Shown piece by piece: positions 1 to 13,160 of a DNA stretch of 64,000 nucleotides (the first letter of the stretch is position 1; each line of letters opens with the position of its first letter). The stretch lies in the NCBI GenBank assembly GCA_964016885.1, contig OZ024755.1, positions 29,760,001-29,824,000 on the forward strand, in the 5' to 3' direction. This stretch comes from Eledone cirrhosa. Taxonomy: Eukaryota. Below the pieces are notes generated by a model. That model was not told the DNA's origin and searched no databases. It was given only the letters and a program-made list of their open reading frames with translations. A program made the translations under genes and the position numbers.

Positions 1-41
<41 letters not shown>
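1..41. repeat. (TG)n microsatellite
   Basis: Pure TG dinucleotide run at window start. Confidence 0.95.
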
Positions 42-44
<3 letters not shown>

Positions 45-45
45 A

Positions 46-256
46 AGGCGTGCGGCTGAGTGGTTAGAGAATTGGATTCACAATCTTGAGGTTGTGAGTT
101 CGATTCCTGGACCGGGCGTTGCGTTATGTCCTTGAGCAAGACACTTTATTTCACGTTGCTCCTTCTACCTGGAGTTGCGACCGATAGATAGTATTAGCAA
201 TTGGAAAGACCAACGGAAACATTGTTCCCTCGGTCCAATTTGACGAAAGTCGATCG
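46..256 (+). mobile_element. tRNA-derived CORE-like SINE (family A)
   Basis: A-box-like ggctgagtggttaga, B-box gagttcgattcc, then CORE-like tgtccttgagcaagacactttatttcac; three other copies in window. Confidence 0.8.
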
Positions 257-825
257 TTCCTATATATATTTGAGTGTGTCTGTGTGTTCATGTGTATGTA
301 TATGATCGAAAGAATTAGATAAAAACGGGGTTGATTTTGAAAATCTGCGTCTCAGGAATATATATACGGTAATATTCTAATATGTGAAATCTGACGCCGT
401 CTCCTCCGATATCGAAATCGCTACCTTCAGTGCCAACTTTTATAAATAAATATATAAACATATATACATATATTCGTGTGGGGGTGTATATGTGTGCGTT
501 TCTGTGTTGTATCTGTATCCTTTCAAGGGTATAAGTAATAAAACATATAGATTAAAATGTACAACAGAGTTTTTCCACTTCTGCATATTATAGATTTTTA
601 AATTAATGTCTGTTGATCTTGAGGTAATCTCCCTTTGGGGGTGCTCTTACATAAACCTATATTTTGAATGTAATAACATTAAATGCTTTTCCTTTTCCCT
701 AATTGGAGAATTCGATATATTTACAATTGGAAACGAAATAAATAATGAAAGCAAAGCAAAACTAAACTACATTACTAATGAAATGCTGTAGAGATTGTAA
801 CAATGCTGAATCTATGACATATAAG

Positions 826-900
826 TATATAATATATATATATATATATATAGACTAAATATATATGTACAATATTTATATATATAAATATATATACAAT

Positions 901-942
<42 letters not shown>

Positions 943-1379
943 TAGAAATAAAATATATATATAAAATATATATATATAAAATATATAGAAATAAAATATA
1001 TATATAAAATATATATATATAAAATATATATATATAAAATATATATAAATATATATATATATATAAAATATATAGAAATAAAATATATATATATAAAATA
1101 TATATAAATATATATATATATATAAAATATATAGAAATAAAATATATATATAAAATATATATATATAAAATATATATATATAAAATATATATAAATATAT
1201 ATATATATAAATATATATATATAAATATAATATATATAAATATAATATATATAAATATAATATATATATAAATATAATATATATATAAATATAATATATA
1301 TATAAATATAATATATATATAATATATATATATAATATATATATATTATATAAATATAATATATATATAAATAAATATA

Positions 1380-1410
<31 letters not shown>

Positions 1411-1970
1411 ATATATATATATATAATATATATAATATATATATATAATATATATATATAATATATAATATATATATATAATATATATATATAATATATA
1501 ATATATATATAATATATATATATAATATATAATATATATATATAATATATAAATATATATATAATATATATATATATAATATATAAATATATATATAATA
1601 TATATATATATAATATATAAATATATATATAATATATATATATATAATATATAAATATATAATATATATATATAATATATATATATAATATATATATATA
1701 ATATATATATATAAATATATATATAATATATATATATAAATATATATATAATATATATATATAAATATATATATATATAATATATATAATATATATATAT
1801 AATATAGATATAAATATATATATATAATATAGATATAAATATATATATATAATATAGATATAAATATATATATATAATATATATATATATATATAATATA
1901 TATATATATATATAATATATATATATATATATAATATATAATAGTAATAATATAAAATATATATATATAT

Positions 1971-2002
<32 letters not shown>

Positions 2003-2102
2003 TATATACATATATACATATATACATATACAATATATATATATATATACACATATATATATATATACTATATATATATATACATATATACATATACATA
2101 TA
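826..2102. repeat. Complex (TA)n/(TATAA)n low-complexity array
   Basis: ~1.3 kb almost exclusively A/T with periodic interruptions. Confidence 0.95.
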
Positions 2103-2710
2103 AATGTGTGTGTGCGAATCTGTGTCTGTGTTATTTTCTTCCCTTTTATACGAATCGAACGTGACTTTTTTGAAGTTTCCAGTGCGGTTACAGAATAGTT
2201 TAATGTAAGAATCTAAATTATGAAATTAAACTAGCGTTTTAATCAATGAAGATCGTGCTATTGTGAAGAGACTTCGACCTGTATTGCGGCTGACCCAGCA
2301 GTTTCTGCATAAGCAATTAATAATTGCTATAGTAGTTTTTGCCGCTATTGTAATGAACGAATCTGTGCAAAGCGGCCATTGAATCATAGCTCCCGACGAG
2401 AAAAGATTACAACCAGAAAAGAACGACATCGTAGGTGGATTAGCTGAAATTGATATAGGTCTTAGAAATGTAAAGATTTGAACATGCTTTCTTATCTTCT
2501 GTTAAAAGATTGAGTCGTTTCTATTACGTCCATGCATAGATGCACAAAATATATATTTGTGAATGATGAACCATTCATTTCAAGTTGAGAGGAGAGGGAT
2601 CCAATTTTTCTTTTGATTGCTCCTATGAAATGTTACGATGATAATTTTCATACACGCTAACGTACTTTTGACATAAATTCTATCATTTCTTTTATGCAAA
2701 AAAAATAATA

Positions 2711-2904
2711 ATAATTGTTTCTACTTTTGGCACAAGGCCAGCAATTACCCAGTACATTACTGTTACTTTATTTTATCGACCCTGTAAGGATGAAAGACAA
2801 AGTTAACCTCGTCGGGATTTGAACTCAGATCGTAAAGGGACATAACTCTTTGCGTCAAAGCATGGCGTCCGATCCTCTACTGATACTGCCAATCCACCGC
2901 CCTT
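2711..2904 (-). mobile_element. tRNA-derived Meta/MESC-like SINE (family B)
   Basis: Reverse complement of ggcggtggattggcagtatcggtag...gagttcaaatc...gcctttcatccttacggggtcgataaaataaagtaccag...aaacaattatt; TSD-like aaaaaaaataataa on both sides. Confidence 0.85.
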
Positions 2905-2924
2905 AAAAAAAAAAATAATAAGAA

Positions 2925-3190
2925 TGAAATGAATAATGAAATTATTGTGTACAGTGCTCAGGTGCACTACAACTCATCAAAGGTGCATGTATAGTACATA
3001 GAATAATGTACAAATGTCAGGAAAATGAACAGTGTATGAGTCATGACACACGTGTGCGTGTGTATGGTGGGGGAATATCAGGAAGCATGGAGGTTTTAAA
3101 GGATGCAGAGTCTCGGCAGCTAAGGACTGATGCAGGTAGTTTGCTCCATGCTTCAGCAACTCTAAGCGTGAAAAAATGTTTCCGAAAGTA
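2925..3190 (-). mobile_element. CR1/L2-like LINE 3' end fragment
   Basis: Minus frame FRKHFFTLRVAEAWSKLPASVL, typical CR1/L2 ORF2 C-terminus, followed by a cattatt/catt tail. Confidence 0.7.
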
Positions 3191-3634
3191 AGCAATATTG
3201 TTATTGCTGCTGTCTTCATCCCTCCCAACCCCTAATAAATATGAAGATATCTACTTAGACAACACAACTTAAACCATTTGTCATAGAAAAGGTGAAATTA
3301 TGGCAAATTGCCATGAACTACCAGGATTCGAGTGTAATATTTCTTTTCAACACGAATTCGAATTTAGCGTGTGGGTCCCCATTTCTTCATGTTAGTGAGA
3401 GATGGGGAGAGCGGGAGGGATGGAGGCAGTAAGAGTTGGAGCTTGGTTCTTTTGTATTCGGACCTTATATATGTGTACATGCTTCATGGACATTGTGCTC
3501 TGCTCTAGGGTAAGACACACAACCCTCTTTGTTCCAGTTTACCAAAAAACCAGTCACAGCTACTATATGTGTTACTAGGTACTATAGTAAATCGTAGTAT
3601 ATCTATCACTTTGTTACTGACACGCTACTGTAGC

Positions 3635-3800
3635 CACTGCCGGATTTACCATTGTTCTTAGCTGTGCACAAGCAGAGGAGCCCGTTGGCCAGGCGGGGCC
3701 CATCTACTTGCGAAAAATCTGTTGACGATCATTTTTTCAAGTGTAAGGAGCCTGTTAACTTAACTAACACATGGCCTCATTTGTCCTAAATCCGGCACTG
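3635..3800. mobile_element. hAT-type MITE
   Basis: TIRs cactgccggattta / taaatccggcactg; perfect 8-bp TSD actgtagc (3627-3634, 3801-3808). Confidence 0.88.
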
Positions 3801-3941
3801 ACTGTAGCTGTCAAAATTCAATTACCGACCAGTTGAACTTGTGCAGTTGTAGATGACCTCTGCATGAATTTACCAATTCCCATATCTTTTGCTTCAGATA
3901 TCATTTGAAACCACATAGCTTCTACTTAAAACAAACTAAAT

Positions 3942-4222
3942 CAGTCATGGGCAACATGCGGCCCGCAAAACTTTCTGAATGGCTCGTTTAAGTGACCTAA
4001 GTGAAATCTTTCTGATTTTTTTACCCCAACTTTTCAGTCGTAACTTTTCTATCATTTTTATGATATAGGAAAACAACGTGTTCGAATTCTGAAGAAACAA
4101 ATCCAAACAACCTGAGTTGCCGTCGTTTTTTTTGTTTTTTTTTTAATGTGGGCACGAATTTAAATTAGCGCTTGCGGCCCACCTGATGCCGCCCGCTTCT
4201 CGCAAAAGGTTGACCATGTCTG
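3942..4222. mobile_element. hAT-Charlie-like MITE
   Basis: TIRs cagtcatgggcaac / gttgaccatgtctg, subterminal gcggccc motifs; perfect 8-bp TSD aactaaat. Confidence 0.85.
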
Positions 4223-5010
4223 AACTAAATAAATCAAGTGGCATGGCTTCTTAGACTATTCACACGGTAGTTACTTATTTTGGCGGATATCACTTAATTC
4301 ACAAATATTAAAGTGGTTAATATCATAACAGCTTACTAAGTAGAAACTTATATTCTCCGTGAGGTGATTACAAGCAACTAATGAGAGATAAAATAAGCTG
4401 GCGTAATTAAAATAAATGCGTAAATAAATAAATAAATTATTATAGCTAATTAAAGAAAGATAACATTTCTATGACGACGGTCTGTCTGTAAAACATTTTC
4501 TTTTTTTGGCGAAATTGGGTGAATTTTCATTGTGTTATTACTGGGATTCTGTAATATCATTTGTATGATTATTATCACTAATGACGATGACAAAAACGAT
4601 GAAGATGATGATGTGGAAGATGAAGATGAGATGAAGCAGGGATAAGGGAGAGAATGACACTGCCAAGGGGATATTCGTCAACATTACACACTACAACCAC
4701 CACCAGCACCATCACCACCAAAATCAACATCACAACCACCAATCCAACATCATCGTCACGAACATGGCCATTATCAACACCACCGTTACTGCCAATCCAC
4801 TGCTCTCATCACTAGTAATAGTAATTCTCCATAGTCTAAGTTTTACAGTGTGCATGTACTGCTAGACCTAACGCACCTCAGACCCCCTTAAGAAGAGGAA
4901 GTGTTTTAGTTGGGATTTAAATTTACTATTGTAGTTTTGTGTTCTATTTAAGTAATCAGTAGAGTTACATTCTGCATATGGTCAGTTATGTGTCTGTATT
5001 ATTATTAATA

Positions 5011-5590
5011 GGCGGTGGATTGGCAGTATCGGTAGAGGGTCGGACGCGATGCCTTGACGCAAAGAGTTACGGCCCTTGCCATTCTGAGTTCAAATCTCGC
5101 CGAGGTTAACTTTGCCTTTCATCCTTACGGGGTCGATAAAATAAAGTACCAGTAATGTACTGGTTATTTGCTGGCCTTGTGCCAAAAGTAGAAACAATTA
5201 TTATTAATAGCTTATTATAAGGGTGATGCGTCGGCAGAATTGTTAGAGCGTCAGACACCATGCTTTGCAGCATGGAATTACAGCCCTTTACGTTCTTATT
5301 CTGAGTTCAAATCCCTCCGAGATTAGCTTTGCTGTTCATCCTTACGGGGGTCGATAAAATAAAGCACCAAAAACGTACTGGGGGTCGATTTAAATAAGAG
5401 AGACGGATTGGCAGTATCGGTAGAGCGACGGACAGCATGCTTTGCAGCATAGTGTTATGGCCCTTTACGTTCTGATTTCAAATCCCCCCAACATTAGCTT
5501 AGCCGTTCATCCTTGCGGGTCGATAATATAAAGCACCAGTAATGCACTGGGGTAATTGCTGGCCTTGGGCCAAAAGTAGAAACAATTATT
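5011..5590 (+). mobile_element. Three tandem family-B SINEs (5011-5205, 5221-5390, 5404-5590)
   Basis: Three successive A-box/B-box/gcctttcatccttacgggg-tcgataaaataaag units; first flanked by attattattaata duplication. Confidence 0.85.
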
Positions 5591-5758
5591 ACTATCTATT
5601 CTCATTTCCTTTCTTCCCAGCATTCTCTGCTGTTCCACATTCATCACCCATAAATTTTCTCACTTATCACCCACAAAGCAGACACTATTCCTTCCCGTTT
5701 CAACAACACTACTCTCTTCATCAGTACATCACTCAGTCCCCGGGACGTCTTCCATGCA

Positions 5759-6400
5759 TAACTCACTCTAGATTATTACTATTATATTGTTCCAGTTTAG
5801 ACTAACCAGAGTCTCGTATTTTTGGTTATGTCTATTTGGAAATATAATCTATTTGATTTATTCGTATACTCACTCTAGATTATTACTATTATATTGTTCC
5901 AGTTTAGAGTAACCAGAGTCTCGTATTTTTGGTTATGTCTATTTGGAAATATAATCTATTTGATTTATTGGTATACTCACTCTAGATTATTACTATTATA
6001 TTGTTCCAGTTTAGGTAACCACAGACTCGTATTTTTGGTTATGTCTATTTGGAAACATCCTCTATTTGATTTATTCGTATACTCACTCTAGATTATTACT
6101 ATTATATTGTTCCAGTTTAGGTAACCACAGACTCGTATTTTTGGTTATGTCTATTTGGAAACATCCTCTATTTGATTTATTCGTATACTCACTCTAGATT
6201 ATTACTATTATATTGTTCCAGTTTAGACTAACCACAGTCTCGTATTTTTGGTTATGTCTATTTGGAAACATCCTCTATTTGATTTATTCGTATACTCACT
6301 CTAGATTATTACTATTATATTGTTCTAGTTTAGAGTAACCACAGTCTCGTATTTTTGGTTATGTCTATTTGGAAACATCCTCTATTTGATTTATTGGTAT
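5759..6400. repeat. Minisatellite, 6 x 106-107 bp
   Basis: Unit actcactctagattattactattatattgttcc... restarts at 5761, 5868, 5975, 6081, 6187, 6294. Confidence 0.95.
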
Positions 6401-6740
6401 ATTATCATTTATTAGGCATTGAGACATTGACGGAGAGATATTTCATTTCGTGGCGATTCTCGACAATATTGGAAACGAATAGTTTGATCTGTTCGAGTGG
6501 GTCGGCATAACTCAAAACTACAGTTGCTTTGATATTCTCGGAGACGATTTTTTTTTTTTTTTGTGCATGTTTACATATCCGTTATGTTTCAGAAAACTGT
6601 CATCATTTCCATAGTATGTAAATGGCGGCATTCTCTCTATGCTAAAGTGAATGAAACAGAGACAATACGGTTAATTGGCTGTTCTCAAGTTCAAACTATT
6701 CAGATGTTACCGAGTCTATGCCATTATTTTGTCTTTATAA

Positions 6741-6893
6741 GGGCGATGGATTGGCAGTATCGGGAGAGGGTCGGAAGCCATGCTTTCCAGCATAGTTACG
6801 TCCCTTTACGATCTGAGTTCAAATCCCGCCGAGGTTGACTTTGCCTTTCATCCTTACGGGGTCGATAAAATAAAGCACCAGTAATGCACTGGG
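6741..6893 (+). mobile_element. Family-B SINE lacking tail
   Basis: Head and Meta-like body match other copies. Confidence 0.85.
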
Positions 6894-7143
6894 GGTGTTT
6901 TCTTAACCTACTGACTGCCGCGTATATTTTACACAGCTACAGTTGCTGTTTCTTTTGTTGTTGTTTTTTTTTTAAGTAAAATGACTATTTTTTAAACAAA
7001 CATTTATTAACAACATATATCTTGATGATTGACAAACGTCACATCAATAAACTAGTAACCCCATCTAGCTTTGAATTTATGAACTGATGGAAACGATTTC
7101 ATAACTTTGAAGTTATGAACTGTTGGAAAAGAGTTCAAACATA

Positions 7144-7225
7144 TTAGGACGAGTCATCTCGTCTGTGACACTGGAATGTAACATGTTAGGACAAGTTATC
7201 TCGTCGACGGCTCTGAAGGGTTTAA
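7144..7225. mobile_element. Possible piggyBac-type MITE end, duplicated
   Basis: Two tandem ttaggacragtYatctcgtc motifs ending ctgaagggtttaa (TTAA). Confidence 0.35.
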
Positions 7226-7698
7226 AACGACTGAATCGTTCCGTTGCCGATATGACTCTCGCCCCGCTAGTTTATTTTGTTTGCACTTGGTATCTGATTA
7301 CGTATCATGTCGAACATGTGTAGTACGGTTAATGTATGGATAAAAAAAAATCAATATAATCCACTAACAAATAAGTGGATTACCTTCAAAACTATCGGTC
7401 AGCCTTTTCGTTATCAGTTATTGGCTTTATTCACTTATGTTCTACTTTTGTAGTGGTCAGTTTGTGGTCTATTATGTTAAACGAAGTCTAATAAAGGCTG
7501 TTAGTTATATATCTGGTATCCTTATATAAAGCGATCATGTACAAACTTCCACTCACATGATATTGCTCAACTCGAATCTATAATACAAGACATTTTCCAT
7601 TTGAGCTACACAGTGGGGACAAATCCCGAACCACGTGGATGCACCGATGTGAATTTGGTGGGTTTTATTGTCCGGCTCGTGTTCTAGCTGTGAAGATC

Positions 7699-7890
7699 AC
7701 AAACTTGCCAACTGCTAAAAACCCAAATAGGGCACTATGAAAAAAGTGCCCCAAAACGAGGAGAAATGAGGCAAAATGGGGAGATTTTACATAATGAAAA
7801 CTATATACATTTTGACAAGAGAGGACATATCTCACCCACCCGAAAGCGGGTGAGGGATCTCCCCGTCGGACGAGGAGAGTTAACAGGTCT
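7699..7890 (+). mobile_element. MITE family C (CAGACCTGCCAAC-type TIR, hAT-like)
   Basis: caaacttgccaac ... gttaacaggtctg; internal sequence matches 8880, 22917 and 63135 copies. Confidence 0.7.
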
Positions 7891-8879
7891 GAGATCAAAA
7901 ATTGTTTTATGGCATGTTATATTCAGGCATATATATATTTTTTTTTTAGATAGTATGGTGAATTTTTCTAACGACATGGCTGGTATTTCTAGCAGATCAA
8001 ATAACAGCACAGATCACAAGTGATCGTGTATTAGATGTTAGTGTATCTCTGTCAGAAAGCATTATTATTTGAAAATTCATTTTAATTTAGGTGAGTCAAT
8101 TATCTTCTATGCTTTCCTATTGCTATCTCATTCCCTCTTATAGTATTTTTCATTAGTTTTATGTTTTGGGGTGGGGAGGGGTGGAGATCATACATCGATC
8201 TCTTCGTGCTATATGTATGCTATATTTTAATCACTTTTTTCTATTTTATGTATTTATCTTCATAGGAGCCTGTGCATGTATGAATGGTATTATTATTTTC
8301 TATGTGGATCAACGCATGTTATTTTGCGTAGAGCTGCATCTTTAATCTATTATCAAGCGTAACAGCCGCAGGTTTGTTTGATTAGTGTATAAATTGTATT
8401 ACAATGTTCCTTTTAGCTGCTACAACGCTTACGGAATATCTTGAATATCTACGAAGTTTAATTAGCGAACTAAAAACAATGAACTCTGCTTTTTTTTTTT
8501 TTCTGTCTTCATTTTTTAAAAACCCTCTAGGCTATAAAATGAACATGGAATTTGAACAATGTAGTATGAAGAAACAAAAGCTAACTAACTGAAAGTATAA
8601 ATGAATATCTAAATAAATATGCAAAGAAAACTGAAACCATAAAACAAATCGTGTTTTACAAGTAAGCTAAATAAATGAAAGTTATAAAATGTGTTGCTTG
8701 GATTAATATTCAAATGTCTCCGAAATCCATAACTAACTGACTCTACTGGAATAAAATATCCATAGTTAAGATAGTGTATTTGTAATTTATCTAGCGTATT
8801 TTGCAGAGATAAATGCGGATATCCATACGGTATTTAGTGCAATTGTATTATTCCGTTGTCGACATATTTAAGATTATTG

Positions 8880-9247
8880 CAGAACTGCCAACCTCTAAAA
8901 ACCCAAACGGTGAGTACCCCAAAATGAGGAGATTTTACATAATAAAAGCTATACCGCTTTTCACAAGAGAAAACATCTGTGACTCACCCCAAAGTAAATG
9001 GGAGATCTCCGCGTCAGACAGGGAGGTTTGACAGTTCTGAGATTGTATTTTCAAGCATTTTATTGCGAAGGAATACAGATTGTTTCCTTGATCTGTAAGT
9101 TCTTTGTTGAAAGATCATATAGGAAAATCTACTGTCTTTTAGATTTACAAAGGCAATCATTTTATTTCATGTATATCCCTAATATTCTTGAATAAGTTAA
9201 CTCATACACAAGATAAAGCATTCGTGTGAACTGAGTTGACAGGTCTG
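8880..9247 (+). mobile_element. MITE family C, long form with two right-hand TIRs
   Basis: cagaactgccaac start; gtttgacagttctg at ~9027-9040 and gttgacaggtctg at 9235-9247. Confidence 0.7.
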
Positions 9248-9664
9248 GTATTGCTACATTTTTTGTAAAAATATATGTAACACAATGCATATCAACTCAA
9301 CTGTGTTGGGTGAATAAATCAACCTGTACGTGACCAATATGCTTGCGAGAAATATCAACTAAATTTCCTTTATGCTCCGCCCTACTGTCATACAAATATA
9401 ACATATTGTATGATGTGATCCTGAAACGAAAAGCAGATGAACATAACTTCACAATTTGTATGATGCATAAATATTTTCTACTTCAAATGTATGAAATTCA
9501 GTTGCATCCTTCAGCATTTGTCCTCAGAAGAAATCTCTTTTTCGTCAAAACCTTACCAAAATTATCAATCCACCATCTCCGGGGTTGTAGTAAAATAGTC
9601 CCCACGACCTTATGAAGAATGTGTTATTTTACATTTTTTTTTTATTTTTAGGAACGTATTTGAC

Positions 9665-9902
9665 GAGATCCCAGACCTCATTCGCTTGCAGAGTGGGGTG
9701 GACCTCGTCAAATCTGACCAACGAAAGAATGTTTCCAATGGTCTTTCCATTGCTGATACTATCTACCGGTCGCAACTCCTGGCAGAAAGAGCAATGTGAA
9801 ATAAAGTGTCTTGCTCAAGGACACAACGCATCACCCGGTCCGAGAATTGAACTCGCAACCTCTCGATTGCGAATCTAACACTAACCCTTAACCCACGTGC
9901 CG
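9665..9902 (-). mobile_element. CORE-like SINE (family A)
   Basis: Reverse complement of the 46-256 copy (gtgaaataaagtgtcttgctcaaggacacaac). Confidence 0.8.
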
Positions 9903-10138
9903 TCTTTTACAAGTAAACATTCAAGGGTTTCCTACTCTACCGCTGCTAAATTGCTGGACATATACCGGACAACCTATTGTGCAATATACCAGCATCCGAT
10001 AAAGGGTTCTACCTGAAACATCAGACTCTGTTTCCTAAGAGCAACGTAGTTAATTCCAGTCTACGAACACATTGTCCACACAATTTACTGACATAGACAC
10101 TCATTATCAGAAATCAGAAACCATTATTTATTTCTTGG

Positions 10139-10320
10139 CGGCGGTGGATTGGCAGTATCGGTAGAGGGTCGGACACCATGCTTTGACGCATAGAGTTACG
10201 GTCCTTGCCATTCTCAGTTCAAATCCCGCCGAGGTTTACTTTGCCTTTCATCCTTACGGGGTCGATAAAATAAAGTACCAGTAATGCACTGGCCTTGTGC
10301 CAAAAGTAGAAACAATTATT
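10139..10320 (+). mobile_element. Family-B SINE
   Basis: Full head/body/tail; flanking duplication attatttatttYttggYggcg. Confidence 0.87.
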
Positions 10321-10789
10321 TATTTTTTGGTGGCGTTGCACCGTCTATGATCTGGTCACTAACACTTCCAGTTCCGGTGGTGGTAGAACCGGGGTGTGGG
10401 GATTTTTGTTACTAGGACAATAATTTATTTATGATAAAAACTGTATAAACATGATATTACTTACAGTAACAATAATATATCTTCTAGTTCGACAGTTTCA
10501 TTGACAAACGGAACAACAGTGAGTTAAGCCGTAATTGAAACTAGTAAGACAGGTTGTTCCAAGACGAGGATTAAGTTTCATTCGAAATAGAAGGACTTTA
10601 GTCTGTAGCGACTCTAATGCACATATGTATGCATGTTCTTCTGGTTTTATAATTCTTTGAATTTTTACCAATAGAGAGAGTAGGTTTCTAACATAGATAC
10701 AAGACTCTCTGATTTGAATTTACACATCAACTAGGTAGATATGTATGCATGTCTGCATGCATGTATGTGCAGGTATGGATGTTATTTTA

Positions 10790-11314
10790 CGTGAGTATGT
10801 GTGTGCTTTGAGATACATGCATATGTGCATATGTTTTGTCTCTGTACATGTGTATATGCAGTTATTAGATTCAGAATTTGTGGAATGTTTTACATATTTT
10901 TACTGTTTCATTAATGGATTGTACTTGTAATTTCCTAACTAGTTGTGTTCTTTCTGTTTCTGTGAAGCCCAGCTTCTCAAGATTTGTATTGAGACAGTTA
11001 CTAACATATCTCAGTGCCCCAATAATCACAGGCATAAAGTCAGGGTGGAGTATCTGCAGATTTCTCATTAGTTCTGCATAGATATTCTCCTATTTAGCTA
11101 ATCTTTAATATTATATTGGCATCCGCTGGGCAGCTAACTTCCACTACTGTGCATGCCTTCTTTTCCCTGTCCCATATCATTATATCTGGTCTGTTATGCT
11201 TACATTTTATTGGGGCTTTGACTGGAACATTCCACCAGTACTCTTTCATATTATGTATGCGTATGTCTTCTACATTGCTGTAACTTTTAATATGTTTATT
11301 GTCGGGGCTATCTT
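10790..11314 (-). pseudogene. Decayed R4/Dong-type LINE 3' end (REL endonuclease)
   Basis: EYWWNVPVKAPIKCKHNRPDIMIWDREKKACTVVEVSCP..., stop plus frameshift near 11095, then ENIYAELMRNLQ...PVIIGALRY...KICKTF. Confidence 0.85.
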
Positions 11315-11324
11315 TGTATGTATG

Positions 11325-13070
11325 TTTTCTCTTTCTCTTAATTTCGAGTATATTTTTTTGACCGGCCACCTTCCTGGTGGCAAGGTTGTAAAAGAAAAGA
11401 AATTGTCATCCCTTGAATCGCAAGAATGTTTTGCATATTTTGAAGGTGCCAGCTATCGCAGCCATTTGTAGACTATGAATTAGGGAGCTGCGCTTTTTGT
11501 CCGCAAATCCAAGTTCGGTCATACTTTGGTCCAAGCGGGTTGGTATATAACCCGTAGCACCAATAATGATGGGTATGAAGCTAAAGGTGTATCTTGGATA
11601 CTGGATTTGTAAGCTCCTCATCAATGGTCCGTAGATGTCCTCCTTCTCCTGTATTTTTCTGACAACGTTTACATCAAGTGGGCAGCTGATCTCCACAACA
11701 GAACACGTTTTCAATGTGTGGTCCCAAACTACAATATCAGGCCGGTTGTGCTTTAATTTGGTGGCAGTTTTTATTTTCAGGTTCCACCAGTATTCCTTAG
11801 TGCCATCTGTCTCAATATATTCTTCCTCGTTTGTTGTTAATTTTGTTTTCCGAAGTGCGTTCCAGATAGTTCTAGCTATCCCATCGTGTCTCATGGGGAG
11901 GTAGTAGCGAGATGACATTCTTTCGCAGCTGGCAACAATGTGGCTTACATCCTCGATCTTTGTTTTACATAGCCTACATTTATTGTCAGCTGCTGACCCT
12001 CCTCTTTTGTGCAGCAGATATTTGGTAGGGAGTTCTTGTTCCTGTATTGCATAGAGATATCCCTCAAGGTGTGATGCCATAAACTTGTCGGAACTCCATG
12101 CCAGGCTTTTTGAGTGGTTTATCCCCTCTATGGTCTGTGTTTTACGCCTCAAGTATCCATGCACAACTTTCTCTGTAAATTGGTCAATTTTTTTTTCTTG
12201 TTTGAACATTGAATAGGATCTTCCGATTTCTCTGGGTGAGAGATTTATATCAGGCTTTATTCCATATCTCTCCTCCAGATCAGTCGCTATTCTAATGATA
12301 TTTCTTTTTTCATGCTCATAAACCTGAGCAAGATGGTCGCCAACCTTTTTCCTCTGTTGAAGGTGTTGCTTCAGTGTTACTATCCGGGTCTCATATGTTG
12401 TTAATATTGATTTTAGACCCCGGCCACCTTCCTTGCGTGAGAAGTATAGCCTATCCACATCACCATTGATGTTAAAGTTCCCAGTAACACTGAGAAGTTT
12501 ACGAGTTCTAACATCCATCTCACTTAGTTCTTGCAATGACCAGTTCAGTAGGCCAAATGTTGGCGTTATAATTGGCACAGCATAGGTATTGTGGGCAATG
12601 TATTTGTTGTATGCTGACAGTTCTGATGACCATATTTTTTTTACTCTTCTGAGGTATTCAGTTCTGGTTCTCTCCTTATTTATGGGTCCATCATATCTGA
12701 CATTCTCATCCTGTCCAAGATATCTGTAGTTGTCACCTGACTGCAGAGGTTGTATTGTCAGGCCGTTCATATCTAGATTTCTAGAGGAGGGCACAGCTCT
12801 TCCACGTTTTACTGCCAAATATGCACACTTGGACTCACCAAATTTCATTTTGATGTCGGTTGAAAATTGTGTAATGAGGTCCAATTGTTTCTTGATGTCA
12901 TTGATATTTGGCCCATACAACTTCAGGTCATCAACAAAGAAAAGATGGGAGATACTTCTGGGCCCACTTCTTTGTCCACCTTGTTTCCTGAGTAGGTAAG
13001 ATAGTGGATTCAGTGAGAGAACGAAGAGTAGTACTGACAAGCTATCACCCTGAAAGATGCCCTTCTGGTA
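11325..13070 (-). mobile_element. 5'-truncated R4/Dong-type RLE non-LTR retrotransposon
   Basis: Contains the ORF below plus a short 3' UTR; flanked on both sides by (TATG)n. Confidence 0.9.
11406..13070 (-). CDS. Retrotransposon polyprotein fragment: RT domains 4-7, CCHC zinc knuckle, restriction-like endonuclease
   Basis: Open frame extends upstream of the ORF call to YQKGIFQGDSLS; HLFFVDDLKLY; CRLC...HIVASC; RHD; RPDIVVWD...VVEISCP; no stops over ~555 codons. Confidence 0.9.
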   Translation of the reverse strand, partial: YQKGIFQGDSLSVLLFVLSLNPLSYLLRKQGGQRSGPRSISHLFFVDDLKLYGPNINDIKKQLDLITQFSTDIKMKFGESKCAYLAVKRGRAVPSSRNLDMNGLTIQPLQSGDNYRYLGQDENVRYDGPINKERTRTEYLRRVKKIWSSELSAYNKYIAHNTYAVPIITPTFGLLNWSLQELSEMDVRTRKLLSVTGNFNINGDVDRLYFSRKEGGRGLKSILTTYETRIVTLKQHLQQRKKVGDHLAQVYEHEKRNIIRIATDLEERYGIKPDINLSPREIGRSYSMFKQEKKIDQFTEKVVHGYLRRKTQTIEGINHSKSLAWSSDKFMASHLEGYLYAIQEQELPTKYLLHKRGGSAADNKCRLCKTKIEDVSHIVASCERMSSRYYLPMRHDGIARTIWNALRKTKLTTNEEEYIETDGTKEYWWNLKIKTATKLKHNRPDIVVWDHTLKTCSVVEISCPLDVNVVRKIQEKEDIYGPLMRSLQIQYPRYTFSFIPIIIGATGYIPTRLDQSMTELGFADKKRSSLIHSLQMAAIAGTFKICKTFLRFKG

Positions 13071-13160
13071 ATGTATCCTATTGTATCCTAATGTATCCTA
13101 ATGTATCCTATGTATCCTATGTATGTATGTATGTATGTATGTATGCATGCATGCATGCAT

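Noticed and set aside
46-115. tRNA-like sequences at SINE heads
   Set aside because: A/B boxes present but fused to repeat bodies with no complete cloverleaf; they are SINE promoters, not tRNA genes
2226-2460. Non-repetitive segment with 67-aa ORF
   Set aside because: No domain similarity recognisable in any frame
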